DNA from: an uncultured Bacillales bacterium
Lineage (GTDB): Bacteria > Bacillota_I > Bacilli_A > RFN20 > CAG-826
NCBI GenBank assembly: GCA_947303105.1
Contig: CAMYXQ010000001.1
Span: 1 to 33,685, forward strand
DNA: 33,685 nt
Reading direction: 5' to 3'
Position 1 is the first letter of the stretch, and each line of letters begins with the position of its first letter. The position numbers and the translations under genes are program-made. This document shows, in pieces, positions 18,638-26,427 of the stretch. Below the pieces are notes generated by a model. That model had not been told where the DNA came from, did no database searches, and saw nothing but the letters and a program-made list of their open reading frames with translations.

Positions 18638-19870
18638 ATGAAGAAAAACGAATCGTTGGGCTACATCATCTACATCGCAATGCTGGCGGTTGCCGTCGTT
18701 GTCGGTTTCGTCGTCATCCGACCCGACTTCCAAAGCGACTACGCCAAAGATCTCACTATGCACCCCGCCGCCATCACGGTGTTATCCATCGTCGTTGGTG
18801 TTATCTTGACCGCCCTGTTCTTGGAGATCGGTCACGTTATCGGTGCGAAAATCGGCAAATACAAAATCGACTCAGTCATCGTTCTTGGCGCTGGCTTTAA
18901 AACCAAAAAATCCGGCAAAAAGCGCATGACTTTCTCCGGTTTTGACGGTTTAAGCGGCGAAACGGTCATCGTTCCTAAGGATGTTCATAAGTCCGATCCC
19001 CGCCATTACACCTGGTTTTCCAATCTCTTCCTTTTGCTCGAAGTCATCATCTGCGTCGTCTTGATCGTCTATGGTGCGCAAGGCTCCAAACAGTTCTGGC
19101 TCAAGATCGCGGGAGAAGTCGTTTTGACCATCGACATCATGGTCCTTGTCTACAACATTTTCCCGGCTCCGTTGGATAGCAAAAACGACGGATACCTTTT
19201 CCGAATCCTCAACACCAAAGCGAATCGCGAAGCTTACAACTATATGCTTAAGGCTTCTAACGACATCGCCAACGGCCGCGAGCCGGAAGAACTTCCGATC
19301 TATGATGAAGTTACCGATTTTACCGCTTCGGTGAATGACGTCGCTTTGTATAACCGTCTTCAGAAACGCGACTTCGAAGGCGCGGTTGAAGTTCTCGATA
19401 AGACAATTTCTTCAAAGAAGAAAGTTTCTGCCGTCGTGTACCAAACCGCCCTCTTCCAGAAGATGGCGATTTATGTAATCACCAAGTCCGAAGACGAAGC
19501 GAGAGAGTTCTATCTTGCCATGAGTCTGGAAGACAAGAAGCACATGGCCGCCCTCAATACCGCCCAAGCGGTTCGCGCCTACATCTTGGTCAACGCCATC
19601 CTTGAAGGATCTGAATCGGAAACCGCCGCCGGTCTTGAAAGAGCCAATGGCCGCATCCACAAACTCCCGGCCGATAAGAAAGAAATCGAAAAAGAACTCC
19701 TTGTCGACGCGATGAAACTCATCCACGAGAAACACCCCGACTGGGACTTCTCGGATCTCTCGGCTTGGAATCAAGTGTTCGGCGAACCGGAGGAACCCGA
19801 AGAGGAAGCCCCGGCCGAAGAACCGCAGGAACAACCCGAAAACGAATCCGAGAAAACCCCTGAAGAATAA
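18638..19870 (+). CDS. Membrane protein with an S2P/M50-like core (LExxH variant), a cytoplasmic helical domain and an acidic tail
   Basis: FLEIGHVIGAKIG aligns to the M50 motif HExGHxxxAxxxG, with the first His replaced by Leu (TTG at 18821-18823). The second S2P motif NIFPAPLDSKNDG is present. There are about 4 TM segments. The C-terminal ~215 aa are helical, and the tail is PE-rich. Confidence 0.6.
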   Translation: MKKNESLGYIIYIAMLAVAVVVGFVVIRPDFQSDYAKDLTMHPAAITVLSIVVGVILTALFLEIGHVIGAKIGKYKIDSVIVLGAGFKTKKSGKKRMTFSGFDGLSGETVIVPKDVHKSDPRHYTWFSNLFLLLEVIICVVLIVYGAQGSKQFWLKIAGEVVLTIDIMVLVYNIFPAPLDSKNDGYLFRILNTKANREAYNYMLKASNDIANGREPEELPIYDEVTDFTASVNDVALYNRLQKRDFEGAVEVLDKTISSKKKVSAVVYQTALFQKMAIYVITKSEDEAREFYLAMSLEDKKHMAALNTAQAVRAYILVNAILEGSESETAAGLERANGRIHKLPADKKEIEKELLVDAMKLIHEKHPDWDFSDLSAWNQVFGEPEEPEEEAPAEEPQEQPENESEKTPEE

Positions 19871-19884
19871 GCGATATTCAAAAC

Positions 19885-19909
19885 AAAACCGGCGATTTGC
19901 CGGTTTTTT
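19885..19909. terminator. Bidirectional rho-independent terminator between convergent genes
   Basis: AAAACCGGC GATTT GCCGGTTTT with flanking A and T runs. It overlaps the stop codon of the minus-strand gene. Confidence 0.75.
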
Positions 19910-20531
19910 AATGTTTCCACATCAGCTTGTATAGGCCGCTGGATAAGAGGATTCTTGAGGTTTTCCCAGGGAAATTCGGAAGGACGGAAATCGCGTCTGG
20001 CGCGCTTAGATGTCTTTCTCTCACGTGGTTCGCTAGCAACGTATGATTCTTTTTCAAATCAGCCGGAGATGCCTGGGTGAGGTAAGTCAAGAAGGACACC
20101 ATTTCAACGTTGCCCGTCGTAACTTTGACGTACGGCTTTCTCAAAATGACGCGACGGCCATATTGGTAAACGGACTTTTTGCCCGATGTGATTTTGTTGG
20201 AAACGATTTCCAGGTTTTCTTTCGGGAATCCTTTATGGAGTAGCCCATCGATATAACCCTGCCCGGCAATGAAGCCGTTGATCTTTTTGCCCCAGCCCAA
20301 ATAACGGTAACGGAGGAATTGCTCATTGAGGTCGTCTTCGGATAAGTGGCCTGAGTTAATGACATAGATGCCATAAGCCACCCTCTCGATTTGCCCCTTC
20401 TTCGCCAAACGCGACAAAGCTTCTTTTAAAGCGTCCGGACTTTCCTCCCGGAATTGACGGACGTCCTCTAAAGAGAACACAACGTCGGTCCCCAGGGTTT
20501 GTTTGATCTGCATGTATAACGATTTTGCCAT
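19908..20531 (-). CDS. AbiEi-antitoxin-like / DUF6088-like winged-helix protein, with no cognate AbiEii toxin gene nearby
   Basis: 207 aa. The N-terminus ...FSLEDVRQF...ALKEALSRLAKKGQIERVAYGIYV matches the AbiEi N-terminal wHTH pattern (LsrLvkkGxlxRvxrGiY). Its length and the C-terminal ...GRRVILRKP... segment resemble DUF6088. Confidence 0.6.
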   Translation of the reverse strand: MAKSLYMQIKQTLGTDVVFSLEDVRQFREESPDALKEALSRLAKKGQIERVAYGIYVINSGHLSEDDLNEQFLRYRYLGWGKKINGFIAGQGYIDGLLHKGFPKENLEIVSNKITSGKKSVYQYGRRVILRKPYVKVTTGNVEMVSFLTYLTQASPADLKKNHTLLANHVRERHLSAPDAISVLPNFPGKTSRILLSSGLYKLMWKH

Positions 20532-20540
20532 AACAAAATG

Positions 20541-20568
20541 ATACTAATTAAAAGTATAAAAGTAACAA
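20541..20568 (-). promoter_or_regulatory. Candidate promoter of the AbiEi-like gene (TTGTTA-16 nt-TAGTAT)
   Basis: Read on the minus strand, the -10 ends 9 nt before ATG 20531. The spacer contains the tandem repeat TACTTTT a TACTTTT (plus-strand 20550-20564). Confidence 0.35.
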
Positions 20569-20598
20569 AAATGTTTGAATTTGATAGATTTTGTCGAA

Positions 20599-21921
20599 CT
20601 ATTTTCCACCAATATTCATGGAAGAAACATAGACATCGGGGCAGTTGATCGAAGAAGACATCAGTTTGTTGCGGTCATCAACCTCTTTGATGGACCGGAA
20701 CATTTTCAATAAGTTCCCGCTTAAGGTAATGAGGTTCAAAGGTTCGGCGACCTTGCCATCCCGGATACGGAAGCCTTCGGCTTGGCAGGAGAAATCGCCC
20801 GAACGGATGTTCATCCCGGTTCCTAACCCCGCGAGTTCGGTGATATAGACGCCGTCTTTGATCGGCAGGATCATGTCATCGAATGATTTTTTGCCCGGCT
20901 TCACAACAACGTTGGCGAAGCTGACATCGAAACGGCTGCCGGTCCATGCGCCGTTGCCGGTGGGTTCAACCCCGGCCTTCTTGGCGGTTTCGCGGTTATG
21001 GAAATAAGTTTGGAGCACGCCATGTTTCAAAACGGTCTTGTTTTGGGTGGCGACGCCCTCGTCGTCGAAGTAGGTGAAGAAGATATTCTTCTCCAGCGGT
21101 TTTTCATAGACCGTCAACTTGCTGGAAGCGACTCTTTCGCCTAATTTATCCACCAAGAAAGACGAATGTCTTTGAATCTCTTCTGCCGAGCAAGCATCGA
21201 GGAAGAACGCCAGCAATTCAGCAAAAACGGTTCGGTCTAAGACGGTCGGATATTTGCCGCTTTCGCAAGGCTCGCCGGAGAACTTCTCCGTAGCCCGCTC
21301 CGCCACTTTTTTGACAAATAAATCTTCGTCGAATTTCGCGAGGTCGGAACCGATTTCCACGCCATAAGAGGTTTTGGTTTCGTCTCCGTTTTTGGCAACG
21401 ATCTCGGCGAAGAGGAAAAAATAGCAGCCCTTCTCCTTTAAACGCAGCCCAAAGGAATTCGAGAATTCTTTGCTGATATCGATTTCCTGGTAACGGACAT
21501 CTGCGACTTCGGAGATGCGTTCATCGGCGGCGAGAAGCTTTGCTTCCAATCTTTTTGCCAAGGCAATTTTGTCTTCTGCGGAGACCGACAAAACCGATGG
21601 GTCGTACACATTCTTTTTGTGATACTTTGGGCTGCCTTCGAAGATGGAGGCCTCCTCCTCTTTTTCAATGACCGCGGAGGTTTCTTTGATACCCTTTGCC
21701 AAGAAACGGAAAGCCTCTTTTGTGTCGCTTTCGGCGCGGCAGCTTCCAAGCTTGCCGTTATAGACGCCGATCGCGGAAACGGATTGGGTCTCGCTGATGG
21801 TATAAGAATCAATTTCGGTATGGAAAATCGAGAAACCGAACCGACGGAGTTTCACGATGGAGATCTGGCTTTGTTCGATCCCCTCGCTTTTGGCGATTTC
21901 GAAAAACGCTTTAGAATTCAT
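20599..21921 (-). CDS. pmbA: Metalloprotease partner PmbA/TldE
   Basis: 440 aa from ATG 21921, preceded by GAGGAGGAAAG. The ATG overlaps the tldD TGA as ATGA. Family-typical C-terminus: GDFSCQAEGFRIRDGKV...P. The track start at 22035 is a spurious extension into tldD. Confidence 0.88.
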   Translation of the reverse strand: MNSKAFFEIAKSEGIEQSQISIVKLRRFGFSIFHTEIDSYTISETQSVSAIGVYNGKLGSCRAESDTKEAFRFLAKGIKETSAVIEKEEEASIFEGSPKYHKKNVYDPSVLSVSAEDKIALAKRLEAKLLAADERISEVADVRYQEIDISKEFSNSFGLRLKEKGCYFFLFAEIVAKNGDETKTSYGVEIGSDLAKFDEDLFVKKVAERATEKFSGEPCESGKYPTVLDRTVFAELLAFFLDACSAEEIQRHSSFLVDKLGERVASSKLTVYEKPLEKNIFFTYFDDEGVATQNKTVLKHGVLQTYFHNRETAKKAGVEPTGNGAWTGSRFDVSFANVVVKPGKKSFDDMILPIKDGVYITELAGLGTGMNIRSGDFSCQAEGFRIRDGKVAEPLNLITLSGNLLKMFRSIKEVDDRNKLMSSSINCPDVYVSSMNIGGK

Positions 21922-23324
21922 TCTAACTTTCCTCCTCTGCCACCGACGGTGATCTCTTTTAAGCGGATGGTCGGCTGACCGACATTCACGGGAATCAAGC
22001 CGGATGCCGCGCCGCAGTTCCCCTGGCCAAGACATAAGTCATTGCCAACGCGATCGATATTCATAAGGACTTCGGATCCCTTGCCGATAAGGGTACAACC
22101 CTTAACCGGTTCGCAGACCTTGCCGTCGCGGATGATATAAGCCTCACTGGCGGAGAAGTTGAATTCCCCGGTCACTGGGTCAACTGACCCACCGCCGAAG
22201 TTAGTGACATAGATACCGAGTTTGGTGTCTTTGATGATGTCTTCGGGGTTGTCCTTACCCGCCGCGATGTATGTGTTGCTCATGCGTGAGGTCGGTTCGA
22301 ATTGGTAATTCTGACGTCTGGATGTGCCGTTGGGCGCCATGTTGATGCGGCGCCCATTGAGGCGATCCACCATGAAACCGACGCAGATGCCATCTTTGAT
22401 CAATTGGTTCTTTTGGCACGGAACACCTTCGGTGTCGATGTTGTTGGAACCCCATTCATTGGGCAAACTTCCGTCATCGTAAGCCGAAACAATCGGTGAA
22501 GCGATCTGTTTGCCGATCGAGTTGCTGAATACAGATAAGCCCTTTGCCGTCGAAGACGCTTCAAGCGGGTGACCGCATGCTTCGTGGAACAAAACGCCGC
22601 CCCAACCATTGGTAATTACCACTGGGAAGCGCCCAGAGGGGCATTCCTTGGCCGAAAGCATCATAATCGCCTTCTCACCCGTCTCCCTGGCGATTCGCCG
22701 CCAGTTGAGCTCGTTTTTGAAGTAATGCCAGCCATCCGCTCTGCCCGGTCCGGAGAAGTAGGACTGAATGTCATTTCCTTCGGCGGCGACCGCGACTAGC
22801 ACCAAACGGCCCCTTTGTTCGTTTGTGACAAAAAGTTTTCCGGTTTCGCCTTCGGCGTTATAGATTTCGATGTCTCTATAAGTGTCCATGAAGATCGTTT
22901 GAATACGAACCAAGCGCGGATCCACGGAACGGATGATTTCCGAAGCCTCTTTCAAGAGGGCGATTTTCTCGGAGAACGGGGTATCGATACACGGATCGTC
23001 AACTTTGTTGACAGCTTTGACTCTTTGCTTGGCGATGGACGCCACCGTAATTTTCCGTTCCTCCGAATATGAAGCAGCGAGTTGATGTGCCAACTGGAGT
23101 AAGCTCTTCGCGGAAACGTCGCTGGTATATCCGTATACGCTTCGGACCCCATTGAGAATGCGGATCCCAACACCAAATAACTGCGGTTTCGCGCTGGATT
23201 CGACAACGCCATTTTCGAGTAAAATACTCGAACTAACCGTTTTCTCAACGTAGATCTCAGCGTAGTCACCGCCGGTGGCCAACGCTTCGTTGAGTACTTT
23301 AATAGCTAAGGATTTTGAAAGCAT
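21918..23324 (-). CDS. tldD: Metalloprotease TldD
   Basis: 468 aa with the catalytic HExxxH motif in LFHEACGHPLEASS and C-terminus GEFNFSASEAYIIRDGKV. AAGGAGGA Shine-Dalgarno upstream. Confidence 0.92.
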   Translation of the reverse strand: MLSKSLAIKVLNEALATGGDYAEIYVEKTVSSSILLENGVVESSAKPQLFGVGIRILNGVRSVYGYTSDVSAKSLLQLAHQLAASYSEERKITVASIAKQRVKAVNKVDDPCIDTPFSEKIALLKEASEIIRSVDPRLVRIQTIFMDTYRDIEIYNAEGETGKLFVTNEQRGRLVLVAVAAEGNDIQSYFSGPGRADGWHYFKNELNWRRIARETGEKAIMMLSAKECPSGRFPVVITNGWGGVLFHEACGHPLEASSTAKGLSVFSNSIGKQIASPIVSAYDDGSLPNEWGSNNIDTEGVPCQKNQLIKDGICVGFMVDRLNGRRINMAPNGTSRRQNYQFEPTSRMSNTYIAAGKDNPEDIIKDTKLGIYVTNFGGGSVDPVTGEFNFSASEAYIIRDGKVCEPVKGCTLIGKGSEVLMNIDRVGNDLCLGQGNCGAASGLIPVNVGQPTIRLKEITVGGRGGKLE

Positions 23325-23352
23325 ATTTCCTCCTTATGTTCGTTGTGATTGT

Positions 23353-24240
23353 TTAACCGAAGAAATCGGATAACGCATCGAGCGGGTTGTCAGAGTTGCG
23401 CGAAACGGTCGCTTCCAACACATATTGGCCCGGCGTTTTCCCATAAGTTCGTTTGAAAAGCTTAATGAAGTAACTAGATGAAACAAAACCGCATTTTTTC
23501 GCAATGTCGGCAGTAGAGATAACTTGGGCTCCTGAGAGCATTGATTCCGCCATTTCCAGGCGGCGTTGCATGATATATTGCCCAGGGGAAACTTTGATCA
23601 AATCTTGGAAGATGCGAAGACACTCACGCTCTTTGATATCGGCCGCCGCCCCCAAGTCTTTTGTCGTGATTGGCGATGCGATATTTTCATCGATATACCG
23701 CAGCATCAAAACCAATTTCTTTTCAGCCAAACTTGGTTTGCTGATCCTCTGTTTTTTGCCGGCGACAACCTCGCTGAGAATTTGAATGATCTGCAGGAGT
23801 TTAATCGATTCATTCAACAAACTGTATTCAGACTTTTTGTTTATATTAAACAAATCTTTCTCCGCTTGAATTAACCTGCGCCCGATGGAGGATTTTGCTG
23901 AAGCTTTGAAATATTCGACATCCGGACGCGCAAGGATGTCGTCAAGGATTTGGGCGGAAAGCCCATCGCCATAAAAGCCCTTGAAAATCTCGGGTTGGAT
24001 AGAGAGTATTTCTAGGCTTGATGTCTCGGGGACTGAATCAATTGAGAAGAGGGTGTTTGGCGATAAGAAAAGCATCTCGCCGCCCTTAGCCCATACGGTC
24101 TTTTTTAAAGAACGGAACGCGATCTCCCCATTGACGACATAAAGAAGTTTGATCGTATCACAAAACCGCCATTTTCCAGTTTTGAATGGCGATTTTTTGA
24201 GATCGAGATTTCGGCGGTCGATAAACTGAGGCTTTTCCAT
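23353..24240 (-). CDS. AraC-family transcriptional regulator (cupin-like N-domain plus dual HTH)
   Basis: C-terminal AraC HTH signatures: ITTKDLGAAADIKERECLRIFQDLIKVSPGQYIMQRRLEMAESML...IAKKCGFVSSSYFIKLFKRTYGKTPGQY. Confidence 0.88.
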   Translation of the reverse strand: MEKPQFIDRRNLDLKKSPFKTGKWRFCDTIKLLYVVNGEIAFRSLKKTVWAKGGEMLFLSPNTLFSIDSVPETSSLEILSIQPEIFKGFYGDGLSAQILDDILARPDVEYFKASAKSSIGRRLIQAEKDLFNINKKSEYSLLNESIKLLQIIQILSEVVAGKKQRISKPSLAEKKLVLMLRYIDENIASPITTKDLGAAADIKERECLRIFQDLIKVSPGQYIMQRRLEMAESMLSGAQVISTADIAKKCGFVSSSYFIKLFKRTYGKTPGQYVLEATVSRNSDNPLDALSDFFG

Positions 24241-24250
24241 TTCTAGACGA

Positions 24251-24261
24251 ATTGTAGCACA
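24251..24261 (-). promoter_or_regulatory. Extended -10 promoter element TGTGcTACAAT for the araC-family gene
   Basis: Read on the minus strand, it ends 10 nt before ATG 24240. There is no Shine-Dalgarno in the 10-nt gap. Confidence 0.45.
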
Positions 24262-24425
24262 AAGGGGATAAAATGCGCCTTTGTTTCACCAAAAAGCGGA
24301 AATTTTCCTATTATTGGTTTTGTTGGTTGCGGTTTTGTTTTATTGCATACAGACCTAATTCGTTGCTTAAAAACAACCGATGAATGCTAATGTTTTCTGT
24401 TTTTGCGAGTTAAAAGACCTTTTTG

Positions 24426-24454
24426 TTGCAACCCTTTGGGGTTGCGTGTAATAT
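24426..24454 (+). promoter_or_regulatory. Candidate sigma-A-type promoter of rpmE (TTGCAA-17 nt-TAATAT)
   Basis: -35 at 24426-24431 and -10 at 24449-24454. The spacer contains a 7-bp hairpin, GCAACCC TTTG GGGTTGC. The predicted leader is about 50 nt, with an AAAGGAG Shine-Dalgarno. Confidence 0.5.
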
Positions 24455-24509
24455 AACTCGCGTAACTCTCTTTGCGGCAAAAGGTCGCAAGGCGAAAGGA
24501 GTATTAGAA

Positions 24510-24728
24510 ATGAAGAAAGACATCCACCCCGCTTATCACAAATGCACCGTGACCTGCGTGTCCTGCGGCGCGACCTTCGAAACCGGATCGACCCTCAAAG
24601 AAATCAAGGTTGATACCTGCTCGAATTGCCACCCGTTCTACACCGGCAAGCAGCGTTTCGTCCAAGCCGATGGTCGTATCGATCGCTTCAACAAGAAGCT
24701 CGCGAAAGCCCAGAACAACGGCAAATAA
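24510..24728 (+). CDS. rpmE: 50S ribosomal protein L31 (zinc-ribbon, Cys-containing form)
   Basis: [28 protein letters not shown]...[16 protein letters not shown] with both CxxC pairs present. The track start at 24423 is an upstream extension. Confidence 0.96.
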   Translation: MKKDIHPAYHKCTVTCVSCGATFETGSTLKEIKVDTCSNCHPFYTGKQRFVQADGRIDRFNKKLAKAQNNGK

Positions 24729-24745
24729 GCCAAAAATGGTTAAAA

Positions 24746-24778
24746 AATCCCCCATTATTTGTTGGGGGATTTTATTTT
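24746..24778 (+). terminator. Rho-independent terminator after rpmE
   Basis: Stem AATCCCCC / GGGGGATT (24746-24753 / 24764-24771) followed by TTATTTT. Confidence 0.8.
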
Positions 24779-24819
24779 GATTGTTAGAATGTGTTTATCC
24801 TTCATTTAGGAGACCGATT

Positions 24820-26427
24820 ATGAGCAAGAAGTTCTATATCACCACCCCAATCTACTATCCAAGTGCTCGCCCCCATTTGGGCCATGCTTATTGCACGACG
24901 ATGTGCGATATCATCGCCAGGGGGAAACGCCTTCGTGGCTACGAAACCTTCTATCTGACCGGTCTTGATGAGCACGGTGAGAAAATTCAAAAGAACGCCG
25001 AGGCGGCTGGAGTTACTCCCCAGGAGTTTGTTGACCGCATAGCGGTCACTTTCCAAAACCTTTGGAAAACCTTGGATATCTCCAACGACGACTTTATTCG
25101 CACCACCCAACCCCGCCATGAAAAGACCGTCCAAAAGATCTTTTCCCACATGGTGAAGAACGACGATGTTTACCTTTCTTCCTATTCGGGTTGGTACTGC
25201 GTTCACGAAGAATCCTATTGGACTGAAACCCAGGTCGGCGAGGAGCACGTTTGCCCCGAATGCTGCCGTCCAGTGGAGAAGAAAGAAGAACCCGCCTATT
25301 TCTTCCGTTGTGGCAAATATTTAGACCGTTTGCTCGACATCTATAATAGCAACCCCAAATTCATCACCCCCGAAGGCCGTAAAGCCGAGATGGTGAACAA
25401 TTTCATTAAACCCGGTCTTATGGATCTTTCTGTTTCGCGTACAACTTTTAGTTGGGGCGTTCCGATCCTCGAAGCCGACAAGCACGTTATTTATGTTTGG
25501 TTAGATGCTCTTTCCAACTACATCACCGGTTTGGGCTTCTGGCAGGAAGACGATTCCAACTTCCAGAAGTTCTGGATGGATCCCGAAACGGAAATCGTTC
25601 ACGTCATCGGCGCCGACATCACCCGCTTCCACACCATCTATTGGCCGATGTTCCTCGAATCATTGGGTCTCCGCCAACCGAACCGCGTGTTCGTCCATGG
25701 TCTTCTCATGATGAAAGATGGCAAGATGAGCAAATCGAGAGGCAACGTCATTTATGTCGAAGATCTCGTAAACCGTTACGGCGTTGATGCGGTCCGTTAC
25801 TTTATGGCCCGCAACATCATCTTCGGCTTGGACGGCGAATTTACACCCGAATCTTTCGTCGAAACGATCAATGTCGATTTGGCCAACAACTTCGGGAATT
25901 TGCTGAACCGCACCATCTCGATGATTGAGAAATATTTCGGCGGGGAAATCCCTCAAATTTCCGGAAATCTCAACGATTTAGATAAAAATCTCCACGAAAC
26001 CGCGTTAAAAACCATTCAAAGCTATGAGGTTTATAACGATGATCTGAAGGTCACGGAAGCCTATGGCGCCGTCATGAATCTGGTCAGCGCCGCGAACAAA
26101 TACATCCAGGATTCCGAGCCTTGGACCCTCGCCAAAGACGAGACCAAAAAAGACCTCTTGGCCAGCTGCATGTCGCATCTTGCCCACGTGTTATTCCTCG
26201 CGGCCACTTTGTTAAAACCAATCCTCGTTACAAAGAGCGATCTTGCCTTTGATCAGCTCGGCATTCCGAAGGAACTGCGCACCTATGAAGCGGCGGTTGC
26301 CCTGAATAAACTCGGCGGGCTCAAGGTCGCGAAGGGCGAACCGCTCTTCCCGCGCTTAAACGCCAATGAAGAAATCGAATATCTCAAGGAAGTCATTTCC
26401 TCGCCGAAGGAAAAGGCGGCGGCCTAA
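24820..26427 (+). CDS. metG: Methionyl-tRNA synthetase (short form, no C-terminal tRNA-binding domain)
   Basis: The HIGH region is present as PHLGHAY, and KMSKS as KMSKSRGN. ATG 24820 follows a TAGGAG Shine-Dalgarno. Confidence 0.95.
   Translation: MSKKFYITTPIYYPSARPHLGHAYCTTMCDIIARGKRLRGYETFYLTGLDEHGEKIQKNAEAAGVTPQEFVDRIAVTFQNLWKTLDISNDDFIRTTQPRHEKTVQKIFSHMVKNDDVYLSSYSGWYCVHEESYWTETQVGEEHVCPECCRPVEKKEEPAYFFRCGKYLDRLLDIYNSNPKFITPEGRKAEMVNNFIKPGLMDLSVSRTTFSWGVPILEADKHVIYVWLDALSNYITGLGFWQEDDSNFQKFWMDPETEIVHVIGADITRFHTIYWPMFLESLGLRQPNRVFVHGLLMMKDGKMSKSRGNVIYVEDLVNRYGVDAVRYFMARNIIFGLDGEFTPESFVETINVDLANNFGNLLNRTISMIEKYFGGEIPQISGNLNDLDKNLHETALKTIQSYEVYNDDLKVTEAYGAVMNLVSAANKYIQDSEPWTLAKDETKKDLLASCMSHLAHVLFLAATLLKPILVTKSDLAFDQLGIPKELRTYEAAVALNKLGGLKVAKGEPLFPRLNANEEIEYLKEVISSPKEKAAA

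Noticed and set aside
20534-20644. 36-codon plus-strand smORF (MILIKSIKVTKMFEF...) in and beyond the pmbA / AbiEi-like spacer
   Set aside because: It has no Shine-Dalgarno, runs antisense into the pmbA 3' end, and lies in an AT-rich promoter region better explained by the minus-strand promoter.
21922-22035. ORF-track N-terminal extension of pmbA (38 extra residues, MSWPGELRRG...)
   Set aside because: It lies inside the tldD coding region. ATG 21921 has a GAGGAGG Shine-Dalgarno and forms an ATGA overlap with the tldD stop.
24282-24289. TGTTTCAC, which resembles half of a parS site (TGTTNCACGTGAAACA), near the origin region
   Set aside because: Only one half-site is present, and the second arm (GTGAAACA) is absent. 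I found no full parS anywhere in the window by eye.
24423-24509. ORF-track upstream extensions of rpmE (24423) and likewise of metG (24781-24819)
   Set aside because: The conserved N-termini (MKKDIHP... and MSKKFYITTPIYY...) begin at internal ATGs that have Shine-Dalgarno sequences. The extensions cover promoter or terminator sequence.
24729-24819. Looked for T-box leaders or riboswitches upstream of metG and serS
   Set aside because: The metG upstream gap is only 91 nt and is filled by the rpmE terminator and a Shine-Dalgarno. serS starts 1 nt after the preceding gene. No specifier-loop or T-box-like sequence is present.
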